DNA of 64,000 bases from an uncultured Candidatus Rokubacteria bacterium (GCA_963747235.1 CAVVEU010000033.1:223282-287281); one strand, 5' to 3'. Positions 51,134 to 60,958 are shown, counted from the stretch's first letter. Notes: generated by a model from the letters alone, not told the origin. Program-made: numbers and translations.

Positions 51134-51850
51134 TCGCCATCGGCACGTCCGGCTACAACTATCCGGAGTGGCGCGGCTCCTTCTATCCGGAGAAGTTCCC
51201 CACCGGCAAGATGCTGCCCTACTATGCCGAGCGCTTCTCCACGGTGGAGATCAACTACACCTTCTACCGGATGCCCAATGCCAAGACCATCGCGGGCTGG
51301 GTCGCGGAGACGCCCGCGAGCTTCTCGTTCACGCTGAAGGCGCCGCAGCGGATCACCCACTTCGCGCGGCTACGCGAGATCGGCGATCCGCTGCGCTACT
51401 TCCTCGACACCGCGGCCGGCCTCGGGCCCAAGCTCGGCCCGGTGCTGTTCCAGCTCCCGCCCAACTTCAAGAAGGACCTGGCGCGGCTGGGCGGTCTGCT
51501 CGATCAGCTCCCCGCGGGCCTGCGCTGCGCGATGGAGTTCCGTCACGAGAGCTGGTTCGCGGACGACGTGTACGAGCGCCTGCGCGCGGCCAACGCCGCG
51601 CTCTGCGTGGCCGATACCGAGGAGGCCACCACGCCGGTCGAGGCGACCGCCGACTGGGGCTACCTGCGCCTGCGCGACCAGGGCTATACCGCGGCCGATC
51701 TCGAGGGCTGGGGCCGGCGGATCCAGGAGATGGGCGCGCGGTGGGGCGACACCTTCGTCTACTTCAAGCACGAGGAGGCCGGGACCGGCCCCGCGTTCGC
51801 CCGCCAGCTCCGGGAGCTCTCGACCCTGAGTCCTGACCCGCCACTCCTCA
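51130..51850 (+). CDS. DUF72-family protein; the 3' end runs into a repeat element
   Basis: MIAIGTSGYNYPEWRGSFYPEK..YYAERFSTVEINYTFYRMP..VLFQLPPNFKKD.. DUF72 signature; the ORF has no stop until 52077 because it reads through repeat copy D, so the true end is uncertain. Confidence 0.75.
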
Positions 51851-51875
51851 CCGCCCTCTCCCTGAGGGGAGAGGG
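51847..51875. repeat. dispersed palindromic repeat, copy D (diverged left arm)
   Basis: CTCACCGCCCTCTCCCTGAGGGGAGAGGG between convergent DUF72 and ligD; both ORFs terminate inside or near it. Confidence 0.8.
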
Positions 51876-54511
51876 TTCTGGCGGGGCTCGATGCGCTCGA
51901 GGGCGGCGGCCATGTCGATGCCGTCGCCCAGCACCGGCGTCAGCGGATCCGCCATCTTGTCGAAGCGCGACGGGCAGGGTCTTGAGCGTGAAGCGCGCCG
52001 GATCGAGGCGCGGCGTCACCTCGCGCCACTCGAGCGGGCAGGAGGCGGGGGCGCCGGGCAGCGGCCGCAGCGAGTAGGGCGCGACGATGGTCTGGCCGTG
52101 GCCGTTCTGGCCGAAGTCGATATAGACCTTGCCCCCGCGGATCGCGGAGCGGCCGGGCCACCGTCGAGATCTCGGGCTCGGCCTCCACGCCCATCACCGC
52201 GAGCAGCCGCGCGAAGGTCCGGCACTGCTCGTAGGTGTAGCGCGCGGCCAGCGGCAGCAGGATGTGCAGCCCGGTGGCGCCCGAGGTCTTCACGTAGCTC
52301 GGCAGCTCGAGCCGATCCAGGATGCGGCGCAGGGCGAGCGCGACGCGGACCACGTCGGTGAAGGGCGCGCCCTTGGGGTCGAGGTCGAGCACCAGCCAGT
52401 CCGGCCGCTCGAGCGACGGGACCCGCGACGCCCAGAGATGGATCGGGATCGCGCCGCTATTGGCCACGTAGCGCAGCATCTCGACGTCGTCCACGACCAG
52501 GTACGCGATGTCGCGCTCGGTGTCCCGCGAGTAGATGCGCTCGGTGCGCACCCAGGCCGGCGCGAAATCGGGCGCGTCCTTCTGGTAGAACGACTTGCCG
52601 GTGATCCCGTCGGGAAAGCGCGTGAGCACCAAGGGGCGGTCCCGGAGATACGGCAGCATCAGGGGCGCGACACGCTCGTAGTACGCGATCAGATCGCCCT
52701 TGGTGTAGCCCTCGGCGGGCCAGAATACCTTCTTGATGTTCGTTGGCTTGAGCCGGGGCTCTTCCTGCTCGAGCCCCCTCACCCTGCCCTCTCCCCCTCT
52801 CGGGGGAGAGGGAGCATCCGCTCTCACCCTCTCCCCTCGGCGGAGAGGGCAGGGTGAGGGGCGGCTCCTCCAGAGCTTCCTCCCGCCGGCACTCCAGCGG
52901 CTTCTTGTCGTCGCGCAGGCCGATGAACGTGGGGTGACGGAGGCCGCCGTCCTCGGTCCAGTCGGTGAAGCGCACCTCGGCGACGAGACGGGGCTCGACC
53001 CAGTGGTGGCCGCGGCCGGTCGGGATCGTGCCCGCGTCGAAGGGCGGGGTGGCGCGGGCGAGCGGGCGGAGCTTGTCCAGGATCGCCTCGAGCCTCGCGT
53101 CGTCGAAGCCGGTGCCGACCTTGGAGACGTAGACGAGGCGCGGGGCGGAAGCGGGCCCTTCGTAGACGCCCAGATGCAGCGCGCCGAAGTGGCCGCGGGA
53201 GCCCTGGGGGTCCGTGTAGCCGCCGATCACGAACTCCTGGCGGCGCTGGCACTTGATCTTGATCCAGTCGCGCGTGCGCGCACCCGAATACACGCTCCGC
53301 GCCCGCTTGGCCACCATCCCCTCGAGGCGCTGCTCGGCGGCCAGCTCGAAGAAGGCCTTGCCCTCCTCCATGACGTGGTCGCCGTAGCGGACGGCGCCGA
53401 GCGACGGAACCAGCAGCCGCAGGCACTCCTTGCGGTCCACGAGCGGCAGCTTCCGCAGATCGCGATCGTCGAGCATCAGGCAGTCGAAGAACACGCCGAT
53501 CGCGGGGCGCTGGACGGCCATCCGCTCGATCTCGCGCAGATCGGTGAGCGCCATGCGCGGCTGCAGCCGCTGGAAGCTCGGACGCCCCGCGTCGTCGAGA
53601 GCCACGATCTCGCCGTCGATGACGAAGGACTCCACGGGCAGCGCGCGCAGCGCGCGGACCACCTCCGGGTAGCGCGAGGTGGTGTCCTGACCGCTCCGAC
53701 CGTACAGCTCGACGCGGTCCCCACGCCGCGAGGCGAGCACGCGCACGCCGTCGTACTTGATCTCGAAGAGCCAGGCCGGATCCGAGAACGGCTGCTCGGC
53801 GAGGGTGGCCAGCGTGAAGGGCTGGCGGCGCGCGGTCACCTCGCCGCGCGGCGCCTTCAACGCGTCGAGGCGCGCGCGGATCGTGGCGAGCCGCCCGGAG
53901 ACGTTGGCCATCTCCTCGACGGTGAGCCCGGAAAGCACCGACTGCGGGTAGCGCTCGGTCAGCTCGGCCGCGTCGGGCGGAATCGCGGCGCCGTCCGCCT
54001 TCTTCAGCAGCAGCCAGTCCTTGTCCTTGCCCGACATGCGGGCCAGCGTCCAGCGCCCGCGCATCTTGTGGCCGAAGATCTCCACCTCGAGCTTGCCGCG
54101 CGCGAGCTGCGTGAGCGGATCCTCGGGCTTGGCGGACCGGTACCAGCCGCGGTCCCACACGATGACCGAGCCGGCGCCGTAGTTGCCGGGCGGGATCACG
54201 CCCTCGAAGTCGCCGTACTCGATGGGGTGGTCCTCGACGTGGACCGCGAGCCGCTTCTCCTCCGCGCGCAGGGACGGCCCCTTCGGCACCGCCCAGCTCT
54301 TCAGCACCCCGTCCATCTCGAGGCGCAGATCGTAGTGCAGCCGCCGCGCCGCGTGCTTCTGCACCACGAAGAGCCGGCCGCCGGTGGGCGGCCGCCCGCC
54401 GAAGGGCTCCGGCGTGCGCTCGGGGTCGCGCTTCTTGCGGTACGTGGTGAGCTCGGGCCCAATACGTCGCCCCTTCTTGCCGCGTGCACCACCATCCCGT
54501 GCGGTTGCCAT
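51848..54511 (-). CDS. ligD: ATP-dependent DNA ligase D (PE-ligase-polymerase domain order), two apparent frameshifts near 52000 and 52800
   Basis: Phosphoesterase domain (..RLFVVQKHAARRLHYDLRLE..WAVPKGPS..), ligase domain (FEIKYDGVRVL adenylation Lys), polymerase/primase domain (..KPTNIKKVFWPAEGYTKGDLIAYYE..KTSGATGLHILLPL..); repeat copy E sits in the ligase-polymerase linker. Confidence 0.85.
52776..52861. repeat. dispersed palindromic repeat, copy E (inverted pair) inside the ligD interdomain linker
   Basis: CCCTCACCCTGCCCTCTCCCCCTCTCGGGGGAGAGGG ... CTCACCCTCTCCCCTCGGCGGAGAGGGCAGGGTGAGGGG; translated as ..PLTLPSPPRGEGESGCSLSPERGRGQGEG.. within the ligD ORF. Confidence 0.85.
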
Positions 54512-54563
54512 CGGAGTCTTGGAGCATAACGGGGTGCGTGGTACTGTGCAAAGCCTCACGGCC

Positions 54564-55457
54564 ATGGCGCCTCATTCACTCGGATCCGGCACCATTTCCT
54601 TCGGGCTCGTCTCGATCCCGGTGAAGCTGTACACCGCCGCGTCGTCGGGCAGCGTGAGCTTCAACCTGCTGCACGCCAAGTGCGGCAGCCGGATCAAGCA
54701 GCAGACGTTCTGCCCGGTCGACAACGAGGTCGTCGAGCGCAGCGCGCTGGTCAAGGGCTACGAGTTCCAGAAGGACCAGTACGTGCGCTTCACCGACGAG
54801 GAGCTGAAGGCGCTGGAAGGCGAGTCCTCGAAGGTCATCGACATCGAGGAGTTCGTCCCCCTCTCCTCGGTGGACCCGATCTACTTCGAGAAGACGTACT
54901 ACCTGGGGCCCGACAAGGGCGGCGAGAAGCCCTACCGCCTCCTCGCCGACGCGATGGCCAAGAGCGACAAGGTGGCGCTCGCCACCTTCGTCATGCGCGG
55001 CAAGGAGAGCCTCGTGCTCGTCCGCCCCGCGCAGGACGGGCTGATGCTGCACACGATGTACTTCGCCGACGAGGTGCGCGACTTCGGCGAGATCGAGAAG
55101 GGCAAGTCGGTGAAGCTCCGCGAGGGCGAGCTCGGCCTGGCCGAGCGGTTGATCGGCGAGCTCTCGCACGACCAGTTCAAGCCCGAGCAGTACCGGGACC
55201 AGTACCGCGAGCGGGTCCTCGACCTCGCGAACTCCAAGGTCGAGGGCAAGGAGATCACCGCGGTCGAGCCGGAAGCGCAGCGCGCCCAGGTCATCGATCT
55301 GATGGACGCGCTCAAGCAGAGCCTGGCCAAGCGGGCCGGCGCCGCGGCCGCGCAGCCCGCGGACAAGGCCGGCTCCCCGACCGCCAAGAAGCCCCCCGCG
55401 AAGGCGCCCCGCCGCGCCGCCGCACCGGACCGGAAGGCCCAGGGCGGCAGGAAGTAG
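54564..55457 (+). CDS. ku: Ku protein (NHEJ DNA end-binding)
   Basis: ..GTISFGLVSIPVKLYTAAS..YRLLADAM..KVALATFVMRGKESLVLVRP.. Ku core, Lys/Ala/Pro-rich basic C-terminal tail; divergent from ligD with a 52-bp spacer. Confidence 0.9.
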   Translation: MAPHSLGSGTISFGLVSIPVKLYTAASSGSVSFNLLHAKCGSRIKQQTFCPVDNEVVERSALVKGYEFQKDQYVRFTDEELKALEGESSKVIDIEEFVPLSSVDPIYFEKTYYLGPDKGGEKPYRLLADAMAKSDKVALATFVMRGKESLVLVRPAQDGLMLHTMYFADEVRDFGEIEKGKSVKLREGELGLAERLIGELSHDQFKPEQYRDQYRERVLDLANSKVEGKEITAVEPEAQRAQVIDLMDALKQSLAKRAGAAAAQPADKAGSPTAKKPPAKAPRRAAAPDRKAQGGRK

Positions 55458-55574
55458 CGCGCCCCGCCGGACGGACCCGCCGCCTGCCGAAAAGTGGGCC
55501 GCGCGGGTGACGGGCGGCGTCAGGCTCCTGGGTTCAGCAGCTCGATTCCCCCGTTAATTCAGCTACTTCCGACC

Positions 55575-55590
55575 TGGCAACTGCATTGCA
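55575..55590 (+). promoter_or_regulatory. candidate sigma-54 (-24/-12) promoter TGGCAA-N5-TTGCA
   Basis: Matches TGGCAC-N5-TTGCW at all but one position, with exact spacing; 57 bp upstream of the small secreted protein ATG. Confidence 0.45.
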
Positions 55591-55646
55591 CTGTCCTCGG
55601 TCATCGTAGCTCGCACTCCTACTTCCACATTCCCCGGGGGAGCAAG

Positions 55647-55913
55647 ATGATGAGGACGCTGATCGGCTGGACCGTGGGCGCCGCGTGCGCCACCTTGATC
55701 GTGAGCGGAGTCACCGCGTTGCCCGTGCAGGGTAACCAGGACGTGAAGCACGAGCGGAAGGACGTCGAGGCCTCGCGCCAGAAGCTTCGCGAGGCCTACA
55801 AGTCGGGTGACCCCGCCGCCATCAAGACGGCGCGCGAGAACTACCAGAAGGCCCGCAACGAGCCGTCGAAGGACAAGCGCGAGCGCCGCACCGGCGCTCC
55901 GGACCCGAAGTAG
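55647..55913 (+). CDS. small secreted hypothetical protein (88 aa)
   Basis: Signal peptide MMRTLIGWTVGAACATLIVSGVTA; charged helical C-terminus; RBS GGGGGAG. Confidence 0.5.
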   Translation: MMRTLIGWTVGAACATLIVSGVTALPVQGNQDVKHERKDVEASRQKLREAYKSGDPAAIKTARENYQKARNEPSKDKRERRTGAPDPK

Positions 55914-55934
55914 CCCCGACCGGAACCGGCCGGT

Positions 55935-57335
55935 CTAGACGTCGGCGGGGTGCCGCCGATGCCACTCGGTGGCCGCCTGGTAGGCGCGGGCGGCGGCCAG
56001 GATCGTGTTCTCCTCCCAGGCGCGCCCCATGAATTGCAGGCTCGTCGGTAGCCCGCGCGCGCCGAAGCCGTTCGGCACCGCCACCGCGGGCAGCCCCGCG
56101 CCGTTGCCGACCGCGCCCATCACGTCCCGCGCGGTCCCCCGGATCGCGCTGCGCACCTCGCCCCCCAGCATCGCGGCCACCGTGGAGCGCCCGGGCGCCA
56201 CCAGCGCGTCCAGCGAGGCCAGCACCCGATCGGCCTCGCGCGCCATCACGCCCCGCAGCCGCAGCGCCTTCAGGTAGTCCTTGGCGAGGATCGCGTCGCG
56301 CGCGTAGGCGGTGTAGCGGTCCTCCGGCGCGGTGAGCCCCGCGATGGCGCCGCTCTCGATCAGGTCCTCGAACGCGCTCGCCGCCTCGGCGAACAGGATG
56401 GTGCGCGTGATGTCGTCGTACGGAAGATCCGGCAGCGCGACCTCCTCGACGGTGCCGAGCCCGCGCAGCACCTCGAGCGAACCCGCGAAGTTCTCCTTCA
56501 CCGCGTCCTCGCAGCCGTCGGTGATGCCGCGCAGCACGCCGAAGCGGAAGCGCCGGCCGGCCGGATCGCCCGCGGCGTAGCGGTAGGGCCGGTCCACCGT
56601 GGTCGGATCGGCGGGGTCGCGCCCCGCGATGGCCTCGAGCACCAGGCCGCAGTCGTCCGCGGTGAGGGCGAGCGGGCCCAGCTTGTCGAGCGTCCAGCAG
56701 AGGGCCATCGCGCCGTGGCGGCTCACCCGCCCGTAGGTCGGCCGCAGGCCCGCGAGGCCGCAGTTGCCGGCGGGCGAGAGGATCGAGCCCCACGTCTCCG
56801 AGCCGATGGCGAACGGGACGAGCCCCGCCGCGACCGCGGAGCCCGAGCCGCTCGACGACCCGCCGCTCCACGCCTCCCGGTTCCACGGATTCACGCCGGG
56901 CCCGGTGAACGCGGCATTGGGCTGGCGGTAGCCCATGCCGCCCGCCAGCTCCACCATCGCGAGCTTCGCGCAGAGCACCGCGCCCGCGGCCTCCAGCTTG
57001 AGGATGGCCGTCGCGTCGAAGTCGAAGCAGCGGTCCTTGAAGGGCGCGGCGCCCCACGTGGTCGGGATGCCGCCGGAGGTCGCGAGCAGATCCTTGGCGC
57101 CGTACGGGATGCCGTGCAGCGGGCCCCGGTAGCGCCCCGCCGCGATCTCCGCCTCGGCGCGCCGCGCCTGCTCGAGCGCGCGGGCGCGGGTGACCGTGAC
57201 CACCGCGTTGTAGCGCGGGCCGAGACGCTCGAGCCGGTCGAGAAAGGTCTCGGCCAGCGCGACCGGGGAGAGGCGGCGGGTGCGGACGCCCTCCGCGAGC
57301 TGCCGCACCGGGGTGAAGACCACGTCCTCGGCCAT
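55935..57335 (-). CDS. amidase (amidase-signature family, GatA-like)
   Basis: ..GIPYGAKDLLATSGGIPTTWGA.. and GGSSSGSGSAVAAGLVPFAIGSETWGSI (AS signature with Ser-cisSer-Lys triad residues); ATG overlaps the upstream small-ORF stop. Confidence 0.9.
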   Translation of the reverse strand: MAEDVVFTPVRQLAEGVRTRRLSPVALAETFLDRLERLGPRYNAVVTVTRARALEQARRAEAEIAAGRYRGPLHGIPYGAKDLLATSGGIPTTWGAAPFKDRCFDFDATAILKLEAAGAVLCAKLAMVELAGGMGYRQPNAAFTGPGVNPWNREAWSGGSSSGSGSAVAAGLVPFAIGSETWGSILSPAGNCGLAGLRPTYGRVSRHGAMALCWTLDKLGPLALTADDCGLVLEAIAGRDPADPTTVDRPYRYAAGDPAGRRFRFGVLRGITDGCEDAVKENFAGSLEVLRGLGTVEEVALPDLPYDDITRTILFAEAASAFEDLIESGAIAGLTAPEDRYTAYARDAILAKDYLKALRLRGVMAREADRVLASLDALVAPGRSTVAAMLGGEVRSAIRGTARDVMGAVGNGAGLPAVAVPNGFGARGLPTSLQFMGRAWEENTILAAARAYQAATEWHRRHPADV

Positions 57336-57547
57336 CACGGCTCCGCGCGATAGGCCGCGAAGGGCTGGGCGGGCTCGTCGGCGTTGGTGAGGCGCACCGC
57401 GCGGAGGGCGCGCGCGGCCTGCACGATCGCCTCGATCGAGGTGCGCACGCCCGCGAGCTGCTCGGCGTCCAGCCGGCTGCCGTACCGCTCGCGCACGAGC
57501 GCGAGCATGGTCTCCACTTCCGCGCGCACCACGTCGACGTCGCTCAT
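57335..57547 (-). CDS. DUF4089-like small protein (70 aa) coupled to the amidase
   Basis: MSDVDVVRAEVETMLALVRERYGSRLDAEQLAGVRTSIEAIVQAARALRAV..; size, helical character and amidase-adjacent context fit DUF4089 (assignment from memory, not searched). Confidence 0.5.
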   Translation of the reverse strand: MSDVDVVRAEVETMLALVRERYGSRLDAEQLAGVRTSIEAIVQAARALRAVRLTNADEPAQPFAAYRAEP

Positions 57548-57559
57548 GCCGCCCGCATT

Positions 57560-58450
57560 CTAGCGGAGGCGCGGATCGAGCGCATCGCGGAGTCCGTCGC
57601 CCAGCAGGTTGAACCCGAGCACGGCCAGGAAGATGGCGAGTCCCGGCAGCGCGGCCACGTGCGGCGCCACGTTCATGTACTGCCGGCTGCTGGAGAGCAT
57701 GCTGCCCCAGTCGGAGGTCGGCGGCTGGACGCCCAGGCCCAGGAAGGACAGCCCGGCCAGCGCGGTGATCATGCCGCCCACGTTGAGCGTGACCGCCACC
57801 ACGATCGGGGCGAGGCAGTTGCGGAGCACGTGCGAGAGCGAGAGCCGCAGCTCGGAGAGGCCGAGGGCGCGCGCCGCCTCCACGTACTCGGTCTGCTTCA
57901 CGGCCAGCACGGTGGCGCGCACGATGCGGCCGTAGAACGGGATGTTCACGATCGCGACCGCGACCATCCCGTTGACGAGGCCGGGGCCGAGCGTGGCGAT
58001 GATCGCGATGGCGAGCAGGAAGTACGGGAAGGCCATCAGGGTGTCGATCGAGCGCATCACGACCTGGTCCACCCACCGGCCGACGAAGCCCGCGAGCAGC
58101 CCAAGCCCCGAGCCGGCCACCGCGGCCAGCACGGTGGCGGCGAGGCCGACCACCAGGGACGTGCGCGCGCCGTAGAGCAGCCGGCTCAGGAGATCGCGGC
58201 CGAACTCGTCGGTGCCGAGCAGGTGCCCGGCGGTGAAGGGCCGGGCGAGCCGGCGCGCGGTGTCGATGGTGTCCGGATTGTGCGGCGCGAGCAGCGGAGC
58301 CAGCACCGCGGCGGCCCCGAGGGCTATCACCAGGACCAGGCCGAACACCGCGCTGCCGCTCTTGCGGAACATCCGCGCAACCTCGGCCAGGCCGGAGCGG
58401 CCCGCGGGCGCGAGGGCCACCGCGCCGCGGCTCGTGGCCACGCTACTCAT
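57560..58450 (-). CDS. ABC transporter permease (DppC/OppC family)
   Basis: 296 aa; six TM; EAA-like loop ..YVEAARALGLSELRLSLSHVLRN.. Confidence 0.85.
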   Translation of the reverse strand: MSSVATSRGAVALAPAGRSGLAEVARMFRKSGSAVFGLVLVIALGAAAVLAPLLAPHNPDTIDTARRLARPFTAGHLLGTDEFGRDLLSRLLYGARTSLVVGLAATVLAAVAGSGLGLLAGFVGRWVDQVVMRSIDTLMAFPYFLLAIAIIATLGPGLVNGMVAVAIVNIPFYGRIVRATVLAVKQTEYVEAARALGLSELRLSLSHVLRNCLAPIVVAVTLNVGGMITALAGLSFLGLGVQPPTSDWGSMLSSSRQYMNVAPHVAALPGLAIFLAVLGFNLLGDGLRDALDPRLR

Positions 58451-59414
58451 AGCGGATGCGCGGGTCGAACACCGCGTAGAGCAGGTCCACGATCAGGTTC
58501 ACCACCACGAAGGTGGTGGCGATCAGCAGCACGCCGCCCTGCACCAGCGGATAGTCGCGGGCCTGGATGGCGCGCACCATCATGGAGCCGAGCCCGGGCC
58601 ACGAGAACACGGTCTCGGTCAGGATGGCGCCGCCGAGCAGATAGCCCACCTGCACGCCGATCACGGTGAGGATCGGGTTGAGCGCGTTCTTGAGCACGTG
58701 CCGCGCGATGACCGCCCGCTCCGCGAGGCCCTTGGCCCGCGCCGCGCGGACGTAGTCCTGGCGGATGATCTCGAGCACGCTCGAGCGGGTGAGGCGCGCC
58801 ACCGCCGCCGCGGAGGCGGTGCCGAGGGTGATCGCGGGCAGCACGAGGTGCCAGAGCATGTCGGTGAAGCCGCCGCCGTAGGGCGAGAACATTCCTGCCG
58901 ACGGAAACCACCGGAGCGACAGGGCGAACACCAGGATCAGCATGATGCCGGTCCAGAAGACGGGCAGGCTCACGCCGGTCACCGCCACCGCCATGCTGAG
59001 CTTGTCGAGCCAGGAGTACTGCCGGGTGGCCGAGACGATGCCCGCGGTCAGCCCGAGCGTCACCGCGATGGCGAGCGCGCCCGCGGTCAGGATCACGGTG
59101 GCCTTGAAGCGCAGCAGCACCTCGGGCAGCACCTCGCGCCCGAGCGGGATGGAGCGGCCGAGATCGCCCTGGACCACGCGGCCCATCCACTGGAGGTACT
59201 GCAGCGCCACCGGCCGGTCCAGCCCGAGGTCGCGGCGCAGGCGCTCCACGTCTTCCTTCGTGGCCTGCGCGCCCAGCATGATGGCGGCCGGATCGCCCGG
59301 GGCCAGGCGCATCACCCCGAACACGAGCAGCGAGACCCCGACCAGGACGGGCAGCGCCAGCAGGACGCGGCGGACGACGTAGCCCTGGAGGCCCGCCCCT
59401 CCTACTGCAGCCAC
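58443..59414 (-). CDS. ABC transporter permease (DppB/OppB family)
   Basis: ..YVVRRVLLALPVLVGVSLLVF..; EAA loop ..YVRAARAKGLAERAVIARHVLKN..; GTG start inferred; overlaps the SBP stop. Confidence 0.8.
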   Translation of the reverse strand: MAAVGGAGLQGYVVRRVLLALPVLVGVSLLVFGVMRLAPGDPAAIMLGAQATKEDVERLRRDLGLDRPVALQYLQWMGRVVQGDLGRSIPLGREVLPEVLLRFKATVILTAGALAIAVTLGLTAGIVSATRQYSWLDKLSMAVAVTGVSLPVFWTGIMLILVFALSLRWFPSAGMFSPYGGGFTDMLWHLVLPAITLGTASAAAVARLTRSSVLEIIRQDYVRAARAKGLAERAVIARHVLKNALNPILTVIGVQVGYLLGGAILTETVFSWPGLGSMMVRAIQARDYPLVQGGVLLIATTFVVVNLIVDLLYAVFDPRIRYE

Positions 59415-60958
59415 ACCTGCGTCAGCACCAGGTCGAAGTTCGGGTGGAGCTTGAACCCCTGCACGCGCTTGCGGTAGACGATGACCTGCTTGCCGTGGTC
59501 CACGAAGATCCACGGCGCGTCCTCCACCACCAGGCGCTGCGCCTCACGGTAGAGCGGGATGCGCTCCTTCTCCTCGATGGTGGTGCGGCCCTTCCGCAGC
59601 AGCTCGTCCACGCGCGGGTTCTGGTAGAAGCCCGCGTTGAACGCGGGCGGGAACCGGTCGGAGGACAGCAGCATGTACATCATGTGGTCGGGATCGCCGA
59701 TGGACGGGTTCCAGGACATCTCGGCCATGTCGGGCGCGTCGAGATATTTCTTGAGATAGGCGCCCCACTCCATGGTCTGGATCTTGGCGCGCACGCCCAC
59801 CGCGGCCAGGTTCGCCTGGATCACGGTGCCCATCTCGACGGGCGACTGCATGCCGGAGCCGGACTCGGGCACGTAGAAGGTCACGTCGAAGCCGCCGGCG
59901 AAGCCCGCTTCCTTCAGGAGCGCCTTGGCCTTCTCGGGATCGTAGGGATACCGGACGGTCTTGTCCTCGTGATACGGCCCGTACACCGGCGAGAGCGGCG
60001 TGGTCGCCACGATCGCGGTGCCCTTCAGGATGTCGCGGATGATCGCGTCCTTCTGCACCGCGTAGTTGAGGGCCTGGCGCACCCGCTTGTCCTTCAGCGC
60101 GGGGTGCCGGGTGTTGAGCGCCACGTACCAGACCGCGGAGGAGTTGGTCTCCGCCACCACCACGTCCGGGTCCTTGCGGAGATCGGCCAGGCTGTCCGGC
60201 GGCACGTCCATGGTCAGGTCGATCTCGCCGGTCTTGATCGCGGACAGCCGCGCCTGCGCCTCGATGATCGGCACGTAGATGGCCTGGCGGACCTTGGGCG
60301 CCCCGCCCCAGTACTGGTCGTTGCGCGCGAGCACCACGCGCACGCCCGGCTCCCACGTCTCGAGCTTGAAGGGTCCGGTGCCCACCGGGTGCTTCACGAT
60401 GTCCTTGCCCCACTTCTTGAGCGCGTCCGGGCTGTAGATGTAGAGCGAGTGGTGCGCCAGGTACTGGAGGAACGGGGTCAGCGGCGCCTTGAGCCGGATC
60501 TGCACCGTGGTCGGGTTCACCACCTCGACGCCCGCGACGTTGCCGAGAAAGCCCTTCACGTAGGGGTAGGTCCCGGTCGCGTAGAACGGCCCCTGGTCGT
60601 TGAGCTGCCGATCGAAGCAGAACTTCACGGCCTCGGCGGTGAGCGGGGTGCCGTCGTGGAACTTCACGTTCGGCCGCAGGTGGAAGGTGTAGGTGAGCCC
60701 GTCCTTGGAGATGTCCCACGACTGGGCCAGCCCGGGAATGATCTTGTAGGTGCCGAGCTCCTGCGCGGTGAGCCCCTCGAACATGCGCTTGATGACGCGC
60801 GTGGAATTCAGATCGGTGATCTGGGGCGGATCCATGGTGACGGGCTCGGCGAGCAGCCCGATCACCATCGCGTCCTTCGGCGGCGCGGCCGTCGCGGTGG
60901 ACACGGCAACCATGGCCAGCAGCACCAACCCGATTCCCCACGCGCGGCGCTTCGACAT
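59402..60958 (-). CDS. ABC transporter substrate-binding protein, family 5 (peptide/nickel/opine type)
   Basis: 518 aa from MSKRRAWGIGLVLLAMVAVSTATA; SBP_bac_5 architecture; RBS GGAGGA. Confidence 0.85.
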   Translation of the reverse strand: MSKRRAWGIGLVLLAMVAVSTATAAPPKDAMVIGLLAEPVTMDPPQITDLNSTRVIKRMFEGLTAQELGTYKIIPGLAQSWDISKDGLTYTFHLRPNVKFHDGTPLTAEAVKFCFDRQLNDQGPFYATGTYPYVKGFLGNVAGVEVVNPTTVQIRLKAPLTPFLQYLAHHSLYIYSPDALKKWGKDIVKHPVGTGPFKLETWEPGVRVVLARNDQYWGGAPKVRQAIYVPIIEAQARLSAIKTGEIDLTMDVPPDSLADLRKDPDVVVAETNSSAVWYVALNTRHPALKDKRVRQALNYAVQKDAIIRDILKGTAIVATTPLSPVYGPYHEDKTVRYPYDPEKAKALLKEAGFAGGFDVTFYVPESGSGMQSPVEMGTVIQANLAAVGVRAKIQTMEWGAYLKKYLDAPDMAEMSWNPSIGDPDHMMYMLLSSDRFPPAFNAGFYQNPRVDELLRKGRTTIEEKERIPLYREAQRLVVEDAPWIFVDHGKQVIVYRKRVQGFKLHPNFDLVLTQVWLQ

